This document shows positions 21,209 to 30,309 of a stretch of 46,479 nucleotides of DNA, piece after piece. The notes below the pieces were generated by a model. The model saw nothing but the letters and a program-made list of their open reading frames with translations. It ran no database searches and was not told the DNA's origin. The stretch is from the NCBI GenBank assembly GCA_040289575.1, contig PSLL01000004.1, forward strand, positions 54,740 through 101,218, written 5' to 3'. How positions within the stretch are numbered: the first letter of the stretch is position 1; every line of letters starts with the position of its first letter. The translations under genes were made by a program, and so were the position numbers. This DNA comes from Candidatus Dadabacteria bacterium. Its GTDB lineage: Bacteria; Desulfobacterota_D; UBA1144; Nemesobacterales; CSP1-2.

Positions 21209-21804
21209 TTTGCCGCTTCCTCCCTTTTTGCGATTATAGCATCAACTATGCCATACTCTAAGGCATCTTTAGCCGTGAGAAAAAAATCCCTCTCCGTATC
21301 CTTTGATATTCTCTCAAGCGGTTGTCCCGTATGCTTTGAGAGAATTCGGTTTATCTCTTCGCGAACCCTCAGAATTTCCTTGGCATGAATCTCAATGTCT
21401 GCGGCTTGCCCCTCAACACCACCTAAGACCTGATGAAGCATCACACGGGCATGAGGGAGAGCGTATCTTTTTCCCTTTGTACCGGCGGCAAGAAGCACAG
21501 CAGCCATGCTTGCAGCCTGACCAATGCAGATAGTTGCAACATCTGGCTTTATATACTGCATGGTATCATACATAGCAAGCCCTGCAGTGACGTGACCACC
21601 GGGAGAGTTGACATAAACGTAAATATCCTTTTCGGGATTTTCGGATTCCAGAAAAAGCAGTTGGGCGATTACCGTGTCTGCAACCGCATCCGTAATCGGA
21701 GACCCAATAAAAACAATCCTGTCTTTTAAAAGACGGGAGAAAATATCATATGCCCTTTCTCCCCTGTTGGTCTGCTCGATCACAATAGGCACATAACTGG
21801 ACAT
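21205..21804 (-). CDS. clpP: Clp protease proteolytic subunit
   Basis: [27 protein letters not shown]. Confidence 0.98.
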   Translation of the reverse strand: MSSYVPIVIEQTNRGERAYDIFSRLLKDRIVFIGSPITDAVADTVIAQLLFLESENPEKDIYVYVNSPGGHVTAGLAMYDTMQYIKPDVATICIGQAASMAAVLLAAGTKGKRYALPHARVMLHQVLGGVEGQAADIEIHAKEILRVREEINRILSKHTGQPLERISKDTERDFFLTAKDALEYGIVDAIIAKREEAAK

Positions 21805-21815
21805 TCTGCTGGTTT

Positions 21816-21844
21816 AGTATACTGATTTTGACCCTCTTTGTCAA
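21816..21844 (-). promoter_or_regulatory. Internal sigma-70 promoter for clpP-clpX-lon
   Basis: TTGACA-N17-TATACT, ending 11 nt before the clpP ATG. Confidence 0.75.
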
Positions 21845-21845
21845 T

Positions 21846-23132
21846 CTAAGATTCCCCTCTTGAAACCTCTTCTACATTAGATTTTTCAATGAGAAATCGA
21901 AGAACTTTATCTTCAATTAAACGCGCCTCTAACTCTTCAATCATATTATTTTTTTCATAGATCTCTCTTACCTTCTCAAAAGGGATCCGTACCGCTCTTG
22001 AAATCTCAGTGAGCTTATCCTCTATCTCTTCATCCTCTGCCTTAATTCCCTCCTTCCTCGCAATTGCCCCCAGGATTATAGATGCCCTCACGTTATCAAC
22101 TGCCCTTTGCCCGAGTTTCTCTTCAGCCTCATGACTCAGTTGTGGAACCTCAATTCCATGCCTCTGGAGATTATACTCAAATTCACGCCTCATACGAGCC
22201 ACTTCATTCTCTATGAGACTTGGCGGAACATCAAAAGAGTTCTTCTCAAGGAGAGATTTGATAATATCTCCCTTCAGCCTGTCCTCGGATTCTCTCTCTA
22301 GCCTTTTTTCTAAGTCCTCTTTAATCCTTTTCTTCAAACCTTCGAGACTCTCCTCACCCAAATCCCTTGCAAACTCATCATCTATTTCCGGCAGGATTCT
22401 CTCAAGAATCTCTTTTACATTTACCCTAAATCTTACGGCCTTTCCGGCAATGTCCCTTATCTGAAAATCCCCAGGGTAGGTGAGCTCAAACTCCTTTTCT
22501 TCTCCTTTTTTCATCCCAATGAGATTATCCTCAAACCCCGCAATTAATTTTTTCTCCCCTACTACAACATGAACATCTTTTGCCTGAAGGTCTTTAACAG
22601 GTCTTCCCTCGAGAAACCCCGTATAATCAATTATCAAGTAATCCCCTAACCTGACCCCTCTATCCTCTTCAATAGGGTTAGCCTGAACCGACTGCTCTCT
22701 TATTTGATTTATTGCCCGCTCAACATCCTCGTCCTTTATATAACGCTTCTCCTTTTTCAGTTCAATCCCAATATAGTCTCTTACCTCAAATTCCGGGATC
22801 ACCTCAAAGGTTACTGTATAGTGGAATTCCTTATCCTGCTCAATCTTGTCCGTTGTGATCCGCGGTCTGGATATTGGGATCACAGAAATCTCTTCAAGGG
22901 CCTTTTTAAATGACTCAGATATGAGTTTTGAAGACACCTCCTCAAATATATAGCTCCCGTATTCAGCTTCTATAATCTTTCTCGGAGCCTTGCCGGGACG
23001 AAATCCCTTGATTTTCGCACTCTTCTTGATTTCGTTAAAAACCTCCTCTATCTTTGCCGCTACATCCTCAGGGGGAATAAACACCTCGACCTTTTTCTCC
23101 GTATTGCTAAGCGATTCAACATTGACTCTCAT
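21846..23132 (-). CDS. tig: Trigger factor
   Basis: GFRPGKAP ribosome-binding motif, FKBP domain, synteny with clpP. Confidence 0.96.
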   Translation of the reverse strand: MRVNVESLSNTEKKVEVFIPPEDVAAKIEEVFNEIKKSAKIKGFRPGKAPRKIIEAEYGSYIFEEVSSKLISESFKKALEEISVIPISRPRITTDKIEQDKEFHYTVTFEVIPEFEVRDYIGIELKKEKRYIKDEDVERAINQIREQSVQANPIEEDRGVRLGDYLIIDYTGFLEGRPVKDLQAKDVHVVVGEKKLIAGFEDNLIGMKKGEEKEFELTYPGDFQIRDIAGKAVRFRVNVKEILERILPEIDDEFARDLGEESLEGLKKRIKEDLEKRLERESEDRLKGDIIKSLLEKNSFDVPPSLIENEVARMRREFEYNLQRHGIEVPQLSHEAEEKLGQRAVDNVRASIILGAIARKEGIKAEDEEIEDKLTEISRAVRIPFEKVREIYEKNNMIEELEARLIEDKVLRFLIEKSNVEEVSRGES

Positions 23133-23302
23133 GAAAATGAAACCCCTTTTTTATTTTAGCCGCAATTGAGCAAGGATTTACACAAATAGAATGATACACA
23201 ATTCATAATACGACAAAGTACTTGCATGTGCCCTGCATCGTGTATCTTGCATCTTGTTGCCTTCTGATGATCTTCATTTGTGGCTAATTAACTTAGAATA
23301 TG

Positions 23303-23384
23303 TGCGAGAGGGGGGAGTTGAACCCCCACGGGAAATCCCACTGGATCCTAAGTCCAGCGCGTCTGCCAGTTCCGCCACTCTCGC
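23303..23384 (-). tRNA. tRNA-Leu(TAG), CCA not encoded
   Basis: GCGAGAGTGGCGGAA...CTGGA-CT TAG GA-TCCAG, long variable arm, GGTTCAACTCC. Confidence 0.95.
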
Positions 23385-23435
23385 TTGCGGTTCCCTAAAA
23401 TCCTCCCTCTTTGATCGCTACCCCAGATCCCGGAG

Positions 23436-23509
23436 TGGGCTGCGAGGGATTCGAACCCACGACCCAGTGATTAAGAGTCACTTGCTCTACCAAGCTGAGC
23501 TAGCAGCCC
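23436..23509 (-). tRNA. tRNA-Lys(CTT), CCA not encoded
   Basis: GGGCTGCTAGCTCAG...AGTGA-CT CTT AA-TCACT...GGTTCGAATCC...GCAGCCCA. Confidence 0.95.
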
Positions 23510-23894
23510 ACTGTATCATTCCAATATCTTACAACACATTATGAATTTTCCAAATCCCTAAGGATGAAGGTTTCTTCCTTGTAAGCTCAATATTCAAATA
23601 ACCTAAATATTCGTTTATCGCTACAATACAACTCCACTTTCACCTACCCTTGTTCCCGCTATATATCTGAGATCGTGAATTTAAGCTCTTTAATTAGTAT
23701 GCCCGTGGGTGTTGAGAAAGGCGATTCTCACGTTCTTAATAGGCCTTTCGATTTTTCCGATTAGCTTTTCATGCTATTCTCAAGTCACATTTAAAGAAGA
23801 ATCCCATTAAATTTAGTAGCACTTATTATAAACACGTTATTTTCAAAATCAACATTTCCCCTTTTAACAGTGATTCAATCGCAAAGACTCACCA

Positions 23895-24254
23895 TCACTT
23901 TATGGGGTTTTCAACAAAACCTTTAAGTGCAACAGCGTTATTATGTTCTCTATCCTTTGCACTGTAGATTAAAGTAAGATTCCCCCTTCGCCATTTCGGC
24001 GAGCCTTATAAGAAACCTCCTTTTTTCTTCGTTACCTGTGAATTCCTGTTTATACCTCTTACAAAATTCCTTCCATCGAGAGGGAAGATGGGAAAACCAT
24101 TTTCTAAGTTCAGTGCTTGGAGCAACTTCCTTTAACCACAGGTCAATCTTAATTTCCTCTTTTTTAAGCCCCCTTGGCCATAATTCGTCAACCAGAGCCC
24201 GTATTCCATAATCTTTTTCCACTTTATCATAAACTCTAATTTCGTCTTAATCAT
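23895..24254 (-). pseudogene. DUF488/YeaO family protein with two frameshifts
   Basis: Reconstructed [28 protein letters not shown]...[13 protein letters not shown].../[20 protein letters not shown]. Confidence 0.8.
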
Positions 24255-24412
24255 GATACACTACCCCTTTTTAAGACATTCAACTCCAAATATAGTAAAG
24301 CCCTTCCAAAAGTCACCAATAAATCACACGGGGTTTTAAGATTATGGAGAAATACTCTTTATAGCCCAATCTCCTGGGTTTGGAATTATCCTTTTTTATT
24401 AATCGGTATTTG

Positions 24413-25105
24413 TTAAATTTCTAATCTACTGCAATCACTCTTTAACAGCAATCTGATCCTGTCAAACACCACCGATACCACACGATCGCAACGTGTGGCA
24501 TCAAACTGGAATGCACCCACAGTCGCAATCCCGATGCGTGAATAGATCTCTTCGCGCAGTAAAGCACGCGCCCTGTGCAAGCGTGTCTTGACGGTCTCCT
24601 CAGTAATGTCGAGACACTCAGCCATTTCAGCAGTGCTCATCCCCTCAATCTCCCTCGGCACGAAAACCGAACGATAACTCTCAGGCAGTGAATCAACCGC
24701 GGCTTCTAATACCGCCTTCAGTTCCCCGGTTAGTAATTGCTGCTCGGGATCAGGTGTTTTGGATATACCCATACCCTCCCTCCATGATTTTGATACCAAG
24801 TCAATATCCACAAATCGGCCGCGTCGGCGAACCCGCGCCAAAGCCTCATTTACGGCGATCTTTGTCAGCCAGGTTGAGAATTTAGCCCGTCCAGAAAACT
24901 GATTAAGGTGTGTGTATGCATGGACGTAGGCGTCTTGCATCACATCCTCCGCCTCGCTGTCATCCCCCAGTATGGCACGAGATACACGGTAGAGCCGCTG
25001 GTTGTACCGACGCATGAGGATTTCAAATAGCGTGATTTCACCGGCGAGTATTAGCCTCTCCACCTCTTCGTCGGACATAGCATCGGCATTTGCTCCGGTA
25101 CTCAT
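24413..25105 (-). CDS. ECF RNA polymerase sigma factor with a C-terminal RCD extension (ECF29-like)
   Basis: Region 2 AEDVMQDAY...FSTWL, region 4 TVKTRLHRAR, tail AFQFDATRCDRVV; no anti-sigma gene adjacent. Confidence 0.9.
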   Translation of the reverse strand: MSTGANADAMSDEEVERLILAGEITLFEILMRRYNQRLYRVSRAILGDDSEAEDVMQDAYVHAYTHLNQFSGRAKFSTWLTKIAVNEALARVRRRGRFVDIDLVSKSWREGMGISKTPDPEQQLLTGELKAVLEAAVDSLPESYRSVFVPREIEGMSTAEMAECLDITEETVKTRLHRARALLREEIYSRIGIATVGAFQFDATRCDRVVSVVFDRIRLLLKSDCSRLEI

Positions 25106-25147
25106 TACAGCTCAGCCCCCTGTGTGGTTTACCAACCCTAATATAAT

Positions 25148-25175
25148 ATAGAGTCATCTACAAACAAAAAGTTAC
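25148..25175 (-). promoter_or_regulatory. Putative ECF-dependent autoregulatory promoter
   Basis: GTAAC-N17-CTCTAT facing the sigma gene. Confidence 0.7.
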
Positions 25176-25194
25176 GAGTTTTCTTCTCGAATCT

Positions 25195-25222
25195 GTAACC
25201 AATCCTTTCCTTAAAACTCTAT
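25195..25222 (+). promoter_or_regulatory. Putative ECF-dependent promoter of the divergent operon
   Basis: GTAAC-N17-CTCTAT, with the same boxes and spacing as the opposite-strand copy. Confidence 0.7.
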
Positions 25223-25274
25223 GTTCTATAGAGCAAAGATCAAATCTACTCTCAATTAAGAGGGAGGAATAGAA

Positions 25275-25700
25275 ATGAAGCGAATAAGCATAGGTTTAAT
25301 GCTCTTGGCTCTCTGTCTTCTGGCTTTAGGAGGCAGTGCACAGACTGCTCTGTCACAGGAGATGGCCCCTCCAGGAGGCAAGTACAAGAAAGTTAGCTCG
25401 CTTGTGAAATTGCCAGATTTTCTCCCCGGCCTCGGAACGCTTTATGTAGACCCAGACACACTACCAGCAGGCCCATTCCTGGCCTATGACCGTGAAGGCC
25501 ACCTTGCCAGCACAGTCTATATGATTCCACTTAAAGACATCAACGACCACAAGGCCTTCAACAATCTGGCCGTTGCACAGGGACAAAAGGTAGACCACGT
25601 TGATATATACTATAGTGCGGGACATCCGGGCGTGCCCGAGCCGCACTATTACATCATACTTTGGTATATCTCACCTGAGAAGGCGGCAGCACTCCCGTAG
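25275..25700 (+). CDS. Secreted protein, TTHB210-like/DUF5602-like
   Basis: Signal peptide; PGLGTLYVDP..LP.GP and VDHVDI...GHPG..EPHY motifs; strong RBS. Confidence 0.65.
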   Translation: MKRISIGLMLLALCLLALGGSAQTALSQEMAPPGGKYKKVSSLVKLPDFLPGLGTLYVDPDTLPAGPFLAYDREGHLASTVYMIPLKDINDHKAFNNLAVAQGQKVDHVDIYYSAGHPGVPEPHYYIILWYISPEKAAALP

Positions 25701-25708
25701 GAGGCATT

Positions 25709-26269
25709 ATGCCGACACGGCGAGAGTTCATCAAGACCGGCGGGTTGGCTCTCGTCGGCCTTGTATTCTACAACACACCTAGACCCCACACACCACACAC
25801 GGCTCATGTTGTTGAGATCTATATGAAGAGCGATAATCTGGGCAGTAGGGTATGGTTTGATCCTATCGGAATATATATCGAACCCGGGCAAACGGTACGG
25901 TGGATTGTTGTTGAGAATGTACACACGACATCTGCATACCATCCTCGAAATAGCAACCATTCACTGCGGATTCCCCCAAATGCTACCCCCTGGGATTCTG
26001 GATTTTTGTCACCCGGTGAACACTTTGATGTAAAACTCAAGACACAAGGTATCTACGATTACTACTGTACGGCACATGAAGAGGCAGGCATGGTAGGGCG
26101 TATTATTGTCGGAAAGCCCACCGGACCAGGTGCTTTACCATTCAACTACTACGTGGGAAGATCAGATACAACAAACTGGCGACCAGTACCTCCTGCAGCC
26201 CAGAAAGCATTTCCAAGCATAGAGCAGATAATGCGTGAAAAGGTTGTCCGACTCAGATGGACAATATAA
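25709..26269 (+). CDS. Tat-exported blue copper protein (halocyanin/plastocyanin-like)
   Basis: TRREFIK twin-arginine signal; type-1 Cu ligands H (NVHT) and C-T-A-H-E-E-A-G-M. Confidence 0.88.
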   Translation: MPTRREFIKTGGLALVGLVFYNTPRPHTPHTAHVVEIYMKSDNLGSRVWFDPIGIYIEPGQTVRWIVVENVHTTSAYHPRNSNHSLRIPPNATPWDSGFLSPGEHFDVKLKTQGIYDYYCTAHEEAGMVGRIIVGKPTGPGALPFNYYVGRSDTTNWRPVPPAAQKAFPSIEQIMREKVVRLRWTI

Positions 26270-26292
26270 TGAATACTATGACGTAGATACCT

Positions 26293-26955
26293 TCAAAAGT
26301 AGACCAATCTATAAATTACAGGCCAGAGCAGGACAACAAAATACCAGAATATTCCGCATGTCTCTAAGTCAACCATATTCTTAGGAAATTTCTTTACTAT
26401 TGCACGAATGGAAGCGGCAATTAGCCACAGACATGATATAAGAACATGAATAGCATGGAACCCTACAATTATATAGAATATAGAACCATATATACTCGAT
26501 GTCATTGTAAGTCCATAGGCTACTAACTTAATCCATTCATTTTCCTGAAGAACAAGGAATAAAATTCCAAGAATTATTGTAAGGATAAGAAAAAAAGTCA
26601 GTTTTTTATAACTCGTATCCCCCTTGTGCCAATTTCTCCTGAAGAGAAACATCGTCAACCCACTTAAAAGAAGAACGGCGGTATTTAAAGCAGTCGTTTG
26701 AGCAGGGTATCTTGGTTGGCCCGGAGGGGGCCAGGGAGAAAGGTTATGTTTATAAGCAAGGAATGACCCGAGAAGTCCCCCAAATAGCATTATCTCAGAA
26801 AGTATAAAAAGCATTAATGCAAACCTGGCAAGGGCAAGGCGTGAGCGGAGATGATCATCTCCGCCATTTCTCCTTCCCATCCCAATATTGATAGGCTTAG
26901 ACTTCTTTTCAACAGGTTGCCTTTTTATTCCTATTTCCGCAATCTGTTGCATCAT
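26293..26955 (-). CDS. Heme-copper oxidase subunit III (second copy)
   Basis: FILSEIMLFGG, NT.VLL.SG, GFHAIHV, FWYFV. Start reassigned to ATG 26955, overlapping the subunit IV stop. Confidence 0.88.
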   Translation of the reverse strand: MMQQIAEIGIKRQPVEKKSKPINIGMGRRNGGDDHLRSRLALARFALMLFILSEIMLFGGLLGSFLAYKHNLSPWPPPGQPRYPAQTTALNTAVLLLSGLTMFLFRRNWHKGDTSYKKLTFFLILTIILGILFLVLQENEWIKLVAYGLTMTSSIYGSIFYIIVGFHAIHVLISCLWLIAASIRAIVKKFPKNMVDLETCGIFWYFVVLLWPVIYRLVYF

Positions 26956-27257
26956 CTCTTTAAAGTCACAATAGCATCCGGCATAAACCCAAAGAACGCT
27001 ATTATCAGGAGTGTTAATGGCACTAAAACGGCACATACTATCAGTATCTTTTCAAATCTTAGGTGCATAAAGTTCAGTGCTATCAAAACCGCTTTTATCC
27101 CCGCGAGGGCAAAGAGGATAAATGCGGCTAAATACCTAAACTCTATATGGTGCCTGGGATTCAGTATGACGGATGTTAGTATGCTCAATGTCGTAAGCCC
27201 GCAAAGTACAATCCATACAAGAAGATAGTTGGGATGAGTAAGGTGTTTATTAGCCAT
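26952..27257 (-). CDS. Cytochrome c oxidase subunit IV (caa3-type)
   Basis: Three TM helices; KAVLIALNFMHLRFE motif. Confidence 0.88.
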   Translation of the reverse strand: MANKHLTHPNYLLVWIVLCGLTTLSILTSVILNPRHHIEFRYLAAFILFALAGIKAVLIALNFMHLRFEKILIVCAVLVPLTLLIIAFFGFMPDAIVTLKR

Positions 27258-27284
27258 TTTTAAACCTCCTTTAATCTTGCACCA

Positions 27285-27905
27285 TCATGAGAGATAGAAG
27301 AGCGGAAGAAGAAACACCCAAACAATGTCCACGAAATGCCAGAAGAGTCCTGCATTCTCAACAAGAGAACCCGGGTTACCCGGTTTTTTCTTACGGCTAA
27401 TTAGGATTAGGACAACTGTATTTATAACGGTTCCTGTAAAAACGTGTACCGCGTGAAAACCCGTTAAACCGTAATAAAAAGCCCAGAACGGCCCCGAATG
27501 GAAACCATATCCGTGTTCGATCTCTCCCGCATATTCTATAGCTTTAATCGCTAAGAACAAAAGACCTGATATGATCGTAAGAAATATATATAGATATGCA
27601 GACCTAAGATTCCTCTCATCCACCATTTTATGCGCGAGAACGATTGTGAAGCTACCCGTAATAAGCACGAATGTGTTTATAGAACCTGTTAAGGCGTTAG
27701 TTTCACCAGAGAACTCATGCCACTGCGGATAACTCAGCCTAAAAAGAACGCAGGTTATAATGAGTCCGCCGAAAATAAGGACTTCACCGGATAGAAACAC
27801 CCACATCCCCACCTTTGATGATGGTATGCCGACTGAAGACTGACCAACTGCGCTCTGCGATTCCAAAGACTCTATTCCTACATTAGTGTTTTCCAATTGG
27901 TGCAT
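27285..27905 (-). CDS. Heme-copper oxidase subunit III
   Basis: KVGMWVFLSGEV..FGG, TGFHAVHV, GLFWHFVDIVW. Confidence 0.92.
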   Translation of the reverse strand: MHQLENTNVGIESLESQSAVGQSSVGIPSSKVGMWVFLSGEVLIFGGLIITCVLFRLSYPQWHEFSGETNALTGSINTFVLITGSFTIVLAHKMVDERNLRSAYLYIFLTIISGLLFLAIKAIEYAGEIEHGYGFHSGPFWAFYYGLTGFHAVHVFTGTVINTVVLILISRKKKPGNPGSLVENAGLFWHFVDIVWVFLLPLFYLS

Positions 27906-29610
27906 CTGTTCCCTCCCTAAATACCTCCTCTCTAGAAATGAGTATACCCTGGGGCTTGAAGTCTTCTCGCTCCTCTTCCGGAGAATACTCGTAAGGGTCG
28001 TTTACAACTATGGGAACCATGCCGTTCCAGTTATGGTGGGGCGGGGGGGATTCCGCAAGCCACTCAAGGGTAGTAGCCTTCCACGGATTGCGTTCCGCCT
28101 GCTTGCCCTTAAATATGCTTACAAAGAAATTGATGATAAATGGGGCCTGGGATGCGATAAGTAATATTGCCCCAACAGTTGATAGGACATGAATCCATTG
28201 AAAGTGCCTTAGGTAATCAATGTGTGTAATGTCATAATATCTCCTCGGACCCCCTGCAATTCCTAAAAAGAATAGAGGAAATGCAAAGATATTAAACCCT
28301 ATAAAGGTTCCCCAGAAGTGAACCTTGCCCCAGGATTCACTCATCTTTCTCCCAAACATCTTGGGAAACCAGTAGTATATACCCGCAAAGCTAGCCAAAA
28401 TGACAGATGGAAAGATCGTATAGTGAAAATGGGCTATTACGAAATACGTATCGTGGAGGTAAACATCTAATACTTGAGCTCCCAGAAATAATCCCGTAAG
28501 GCCGCCGATGATAAATGCAACAAAGCTCCCCAATGCGAAAAGAAAGGAGGAGGTAAACCTTATTGAACCATTCCATAATGTTAAGGCAAGACAGACAAGT
28601 ATTACAGAAAACGGAACGGAGATTGCAATTGTTGTAACAGCAAATGGGTATGAAAGGGACGGATTCATTCCTGAGACAAACATGTGATGACCCCATACTA
28701 CAAAGCTCAGTATGGCCGAAGCTATTGTCGCATATACAATTGATTTATATCCAAATATAGGTTTTCTGGTATGGGACGCAAAAACCTCGGCTATTATCCC
28801 AAGCCCGGGAATTAAAACCACATAAACCTCCGGATGCCCGAAGAACCAGAAGATATGTTGCCACAAGAGCGGATCCCCCTGACTCTGAGCCGTCACCCTG
28901 AAAAATGAGGTTCCCACAATTACATCAAGCAAAAGAAACCCAACTCCGGCCACAAGCGGGGTTACGGAAAGCAGAAAAATAAGGGCAGCAATAAACTGCA
29001 TCCATACAATTATAGGAAGCCGCATCATACTCAAGCCCCTTGTACGAAGGTTAATAGTCGTAGTAATGTAGTTTATTCCGCCCATAAGCATGGAGGCAAA
29101 CTCAAGAATGAGGGCGAAAAGAAAAAGGATCCCCCCCATCTTGGCTCCTGTAAATCGCGGATCCGCCGAAAGCGGTGGGTAGATTGTCCAACCAAAGGGC
29201 GCCGGGCCGCCGGGGACAAAGAACGATGAAAAGAGAACTATACTTGAGATGAAAAACACCCAGTATGAGAGCATATTCAATCCTGGAAATGCCATATCCT
29301 TTGCGCCCACCATAAGCGGTATGCAGAGATTCGCAAACGCGCCTATTAAAAGCGGCATGGCAACCCAGAAGATCATAATTGCTCCGTGCATTGTAACAGA
29401 CGCATTGTATGACTCCGGGGTAAGTATCGCTCCGGGTGATGCAAGCTCGGTCCTGAAAAACAACGCTAGTAGAGCCGCTGTTAGCGCCCATATAAGGGCA
29501 GTAATAAGGTACTGAATAGCGATTACCTTATGGTCTGTTGAAAATATATATCTCCTAATAAAACCCTGGTGTTCGGTGTGCGCATCTTCAATTGTGATTA
29601 TACTCTCCAT
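27883..29610 (-). CDS. Heme-copper oxidase subunit I, A family (A1 motif), K-channel residues absent
   Basis: STDHK, TMHG, DMAFP.LN, GWTIYPPL, WFFGHPEVY, WGHHMF, HDTYFVIAHFHY, PRR. Confidence 0.96.
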   Translation of the reverse strand: MESIITIEDAHTEHQGFIRRYIFSTDHKVIAIQYLITALIWALTAALLALFFRTELASPGAILTPESYNASVTMHGAIMIFWVAMPLLIGAFANLCIPLMVGAKDMAFPGLNMLSYWVFFISSIVLFSSFFVPGGPAPFGWTIYPPLSADPRFTGAKMGGILFLFALILEFASMLMGGINYITTTINLRTRGLSMMRLPIIVWMQFIAALIFLLSVTPLVAGVGFLLLDVIVGTSFFRVTAQSQGDPLLWQHIFWFFGHPEVYVVLIPGLGIIAEVFASHTRKPIFGYKSIVYATIASAILSFVVWGHHMFVSGMNPSLSYPFAVTTIAISVPFSVILVCLALTLWNGSIRFTSSFLFALGSFVAFIIGGLTGLFLGAQVLDVYLHDTYFVIAHFHYTIFPSVILASFAGIYYWFPKMFGRKMSESWGKVHFWGTFIGFNIFAFPLFFLGIAGGPRRYYDITHIDYLRHFQWIHVLSTVGAILLIASQAPFIINFFVSIFKGKQAERNPWKATTLEWLAESPPPHHNWNGMVPIVVNDPYEYSPEEEREDFKPQGILISREEVFREGTDAPIGKH

Positions 29611-30307
29611 AAGCTGTATACTCCGATTTATCGTTTTCCTCCAACCACGCCCTATAATTCTTTAAAAATCTTTCATATTCGTCTTTACTGACAACCTTTA
29701 ATTTTGCCTGCATCATAAAATGCCCCGGACCGCAAAGCTGTGTACATGTAATAGGATAATCGCCCACCTTCTTTGATATAAACCACTCCGTGGTTTCTCT
29801 GCCAGGGACCGCATCGTATTTCACTCTTAGATTAGGTATGAAGAGTGAATGTATAACATCCCCGGAGGTAAGTGTGAGAATTACCGTTGTATCTACAGGA
29901 ACTACAAGATAGTTACCAAGGGTAAAGTCATCATTGGTCCCGAATTTTCTATCCAGTCCGGGATAAACAAAGCTCCAGAAGAACTGCCTTCCAATGACCC
30001 TTGTCTCTACGTAATTTTTATGTTCTTCAATCAATTCTTTTCTACCCTGTATCACATGGCTCCACCCTACAGAACTAAAAGAGACCATAACAATGTCAAG
30101 TATAAGCAAAACTACATCCAAGTATACGAGCTTAGAAATGAGCCCTAATTTGCGCGTTGCTCTGGGATTTTTAGATTTACGGAATGCAATCAGAGAGTAT
30201 CCGATTATTACAAATGAGAGTATAGCTACAGCAACGGTTATGACAGATACTAAGATCATAGTATTATCAATCCAATACCCGTATGCAGAAATATCCTTTG
30301 GCCACAT
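29588..30307 (-). CDS. Cytochrome c oxidase subunit II (CuA)
   Basis: Two TM helices; DVIHS...CTQLCGPGHFMM CuA motif. Confidence 0.93.
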   Translation of the reverse strand: MWPKDISAYGYWIDNTMILVSVITVAVAILSFVIIGYSLIAFRKSKNPRATRKLGLISKLVYLDVVLLILDIVMVSFSSVGWSHVIQGRKELIEEHKNYVETRVIGRQFFWSFVYPGLDRKFGTNDDFTLGNYLVVPVDTTVILTLTSGDVIHSLFIPNLRVKYDAVPGRETTEWFISKKVGDYPITCTQLCGPGHFMMQAKLKVVSKDEYERFLKNYRAWLEENDKSEYTAYGEYNHN

Positions 30308-30309
30308 AT

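Noticed and set aside
23254-23544. 96-aa ORF
   Set aside because: Antisense to tRNA-Leu and tRNA-Lys.
27883-29610. Subunit I as a nitric oxide reductase or a B/C-family oxidase
   Set aside because: It has the HPEVY cross-link Tyr, a full D-channel and subunit III genes, all A-family traits; NO activity remains only a hypothesis.
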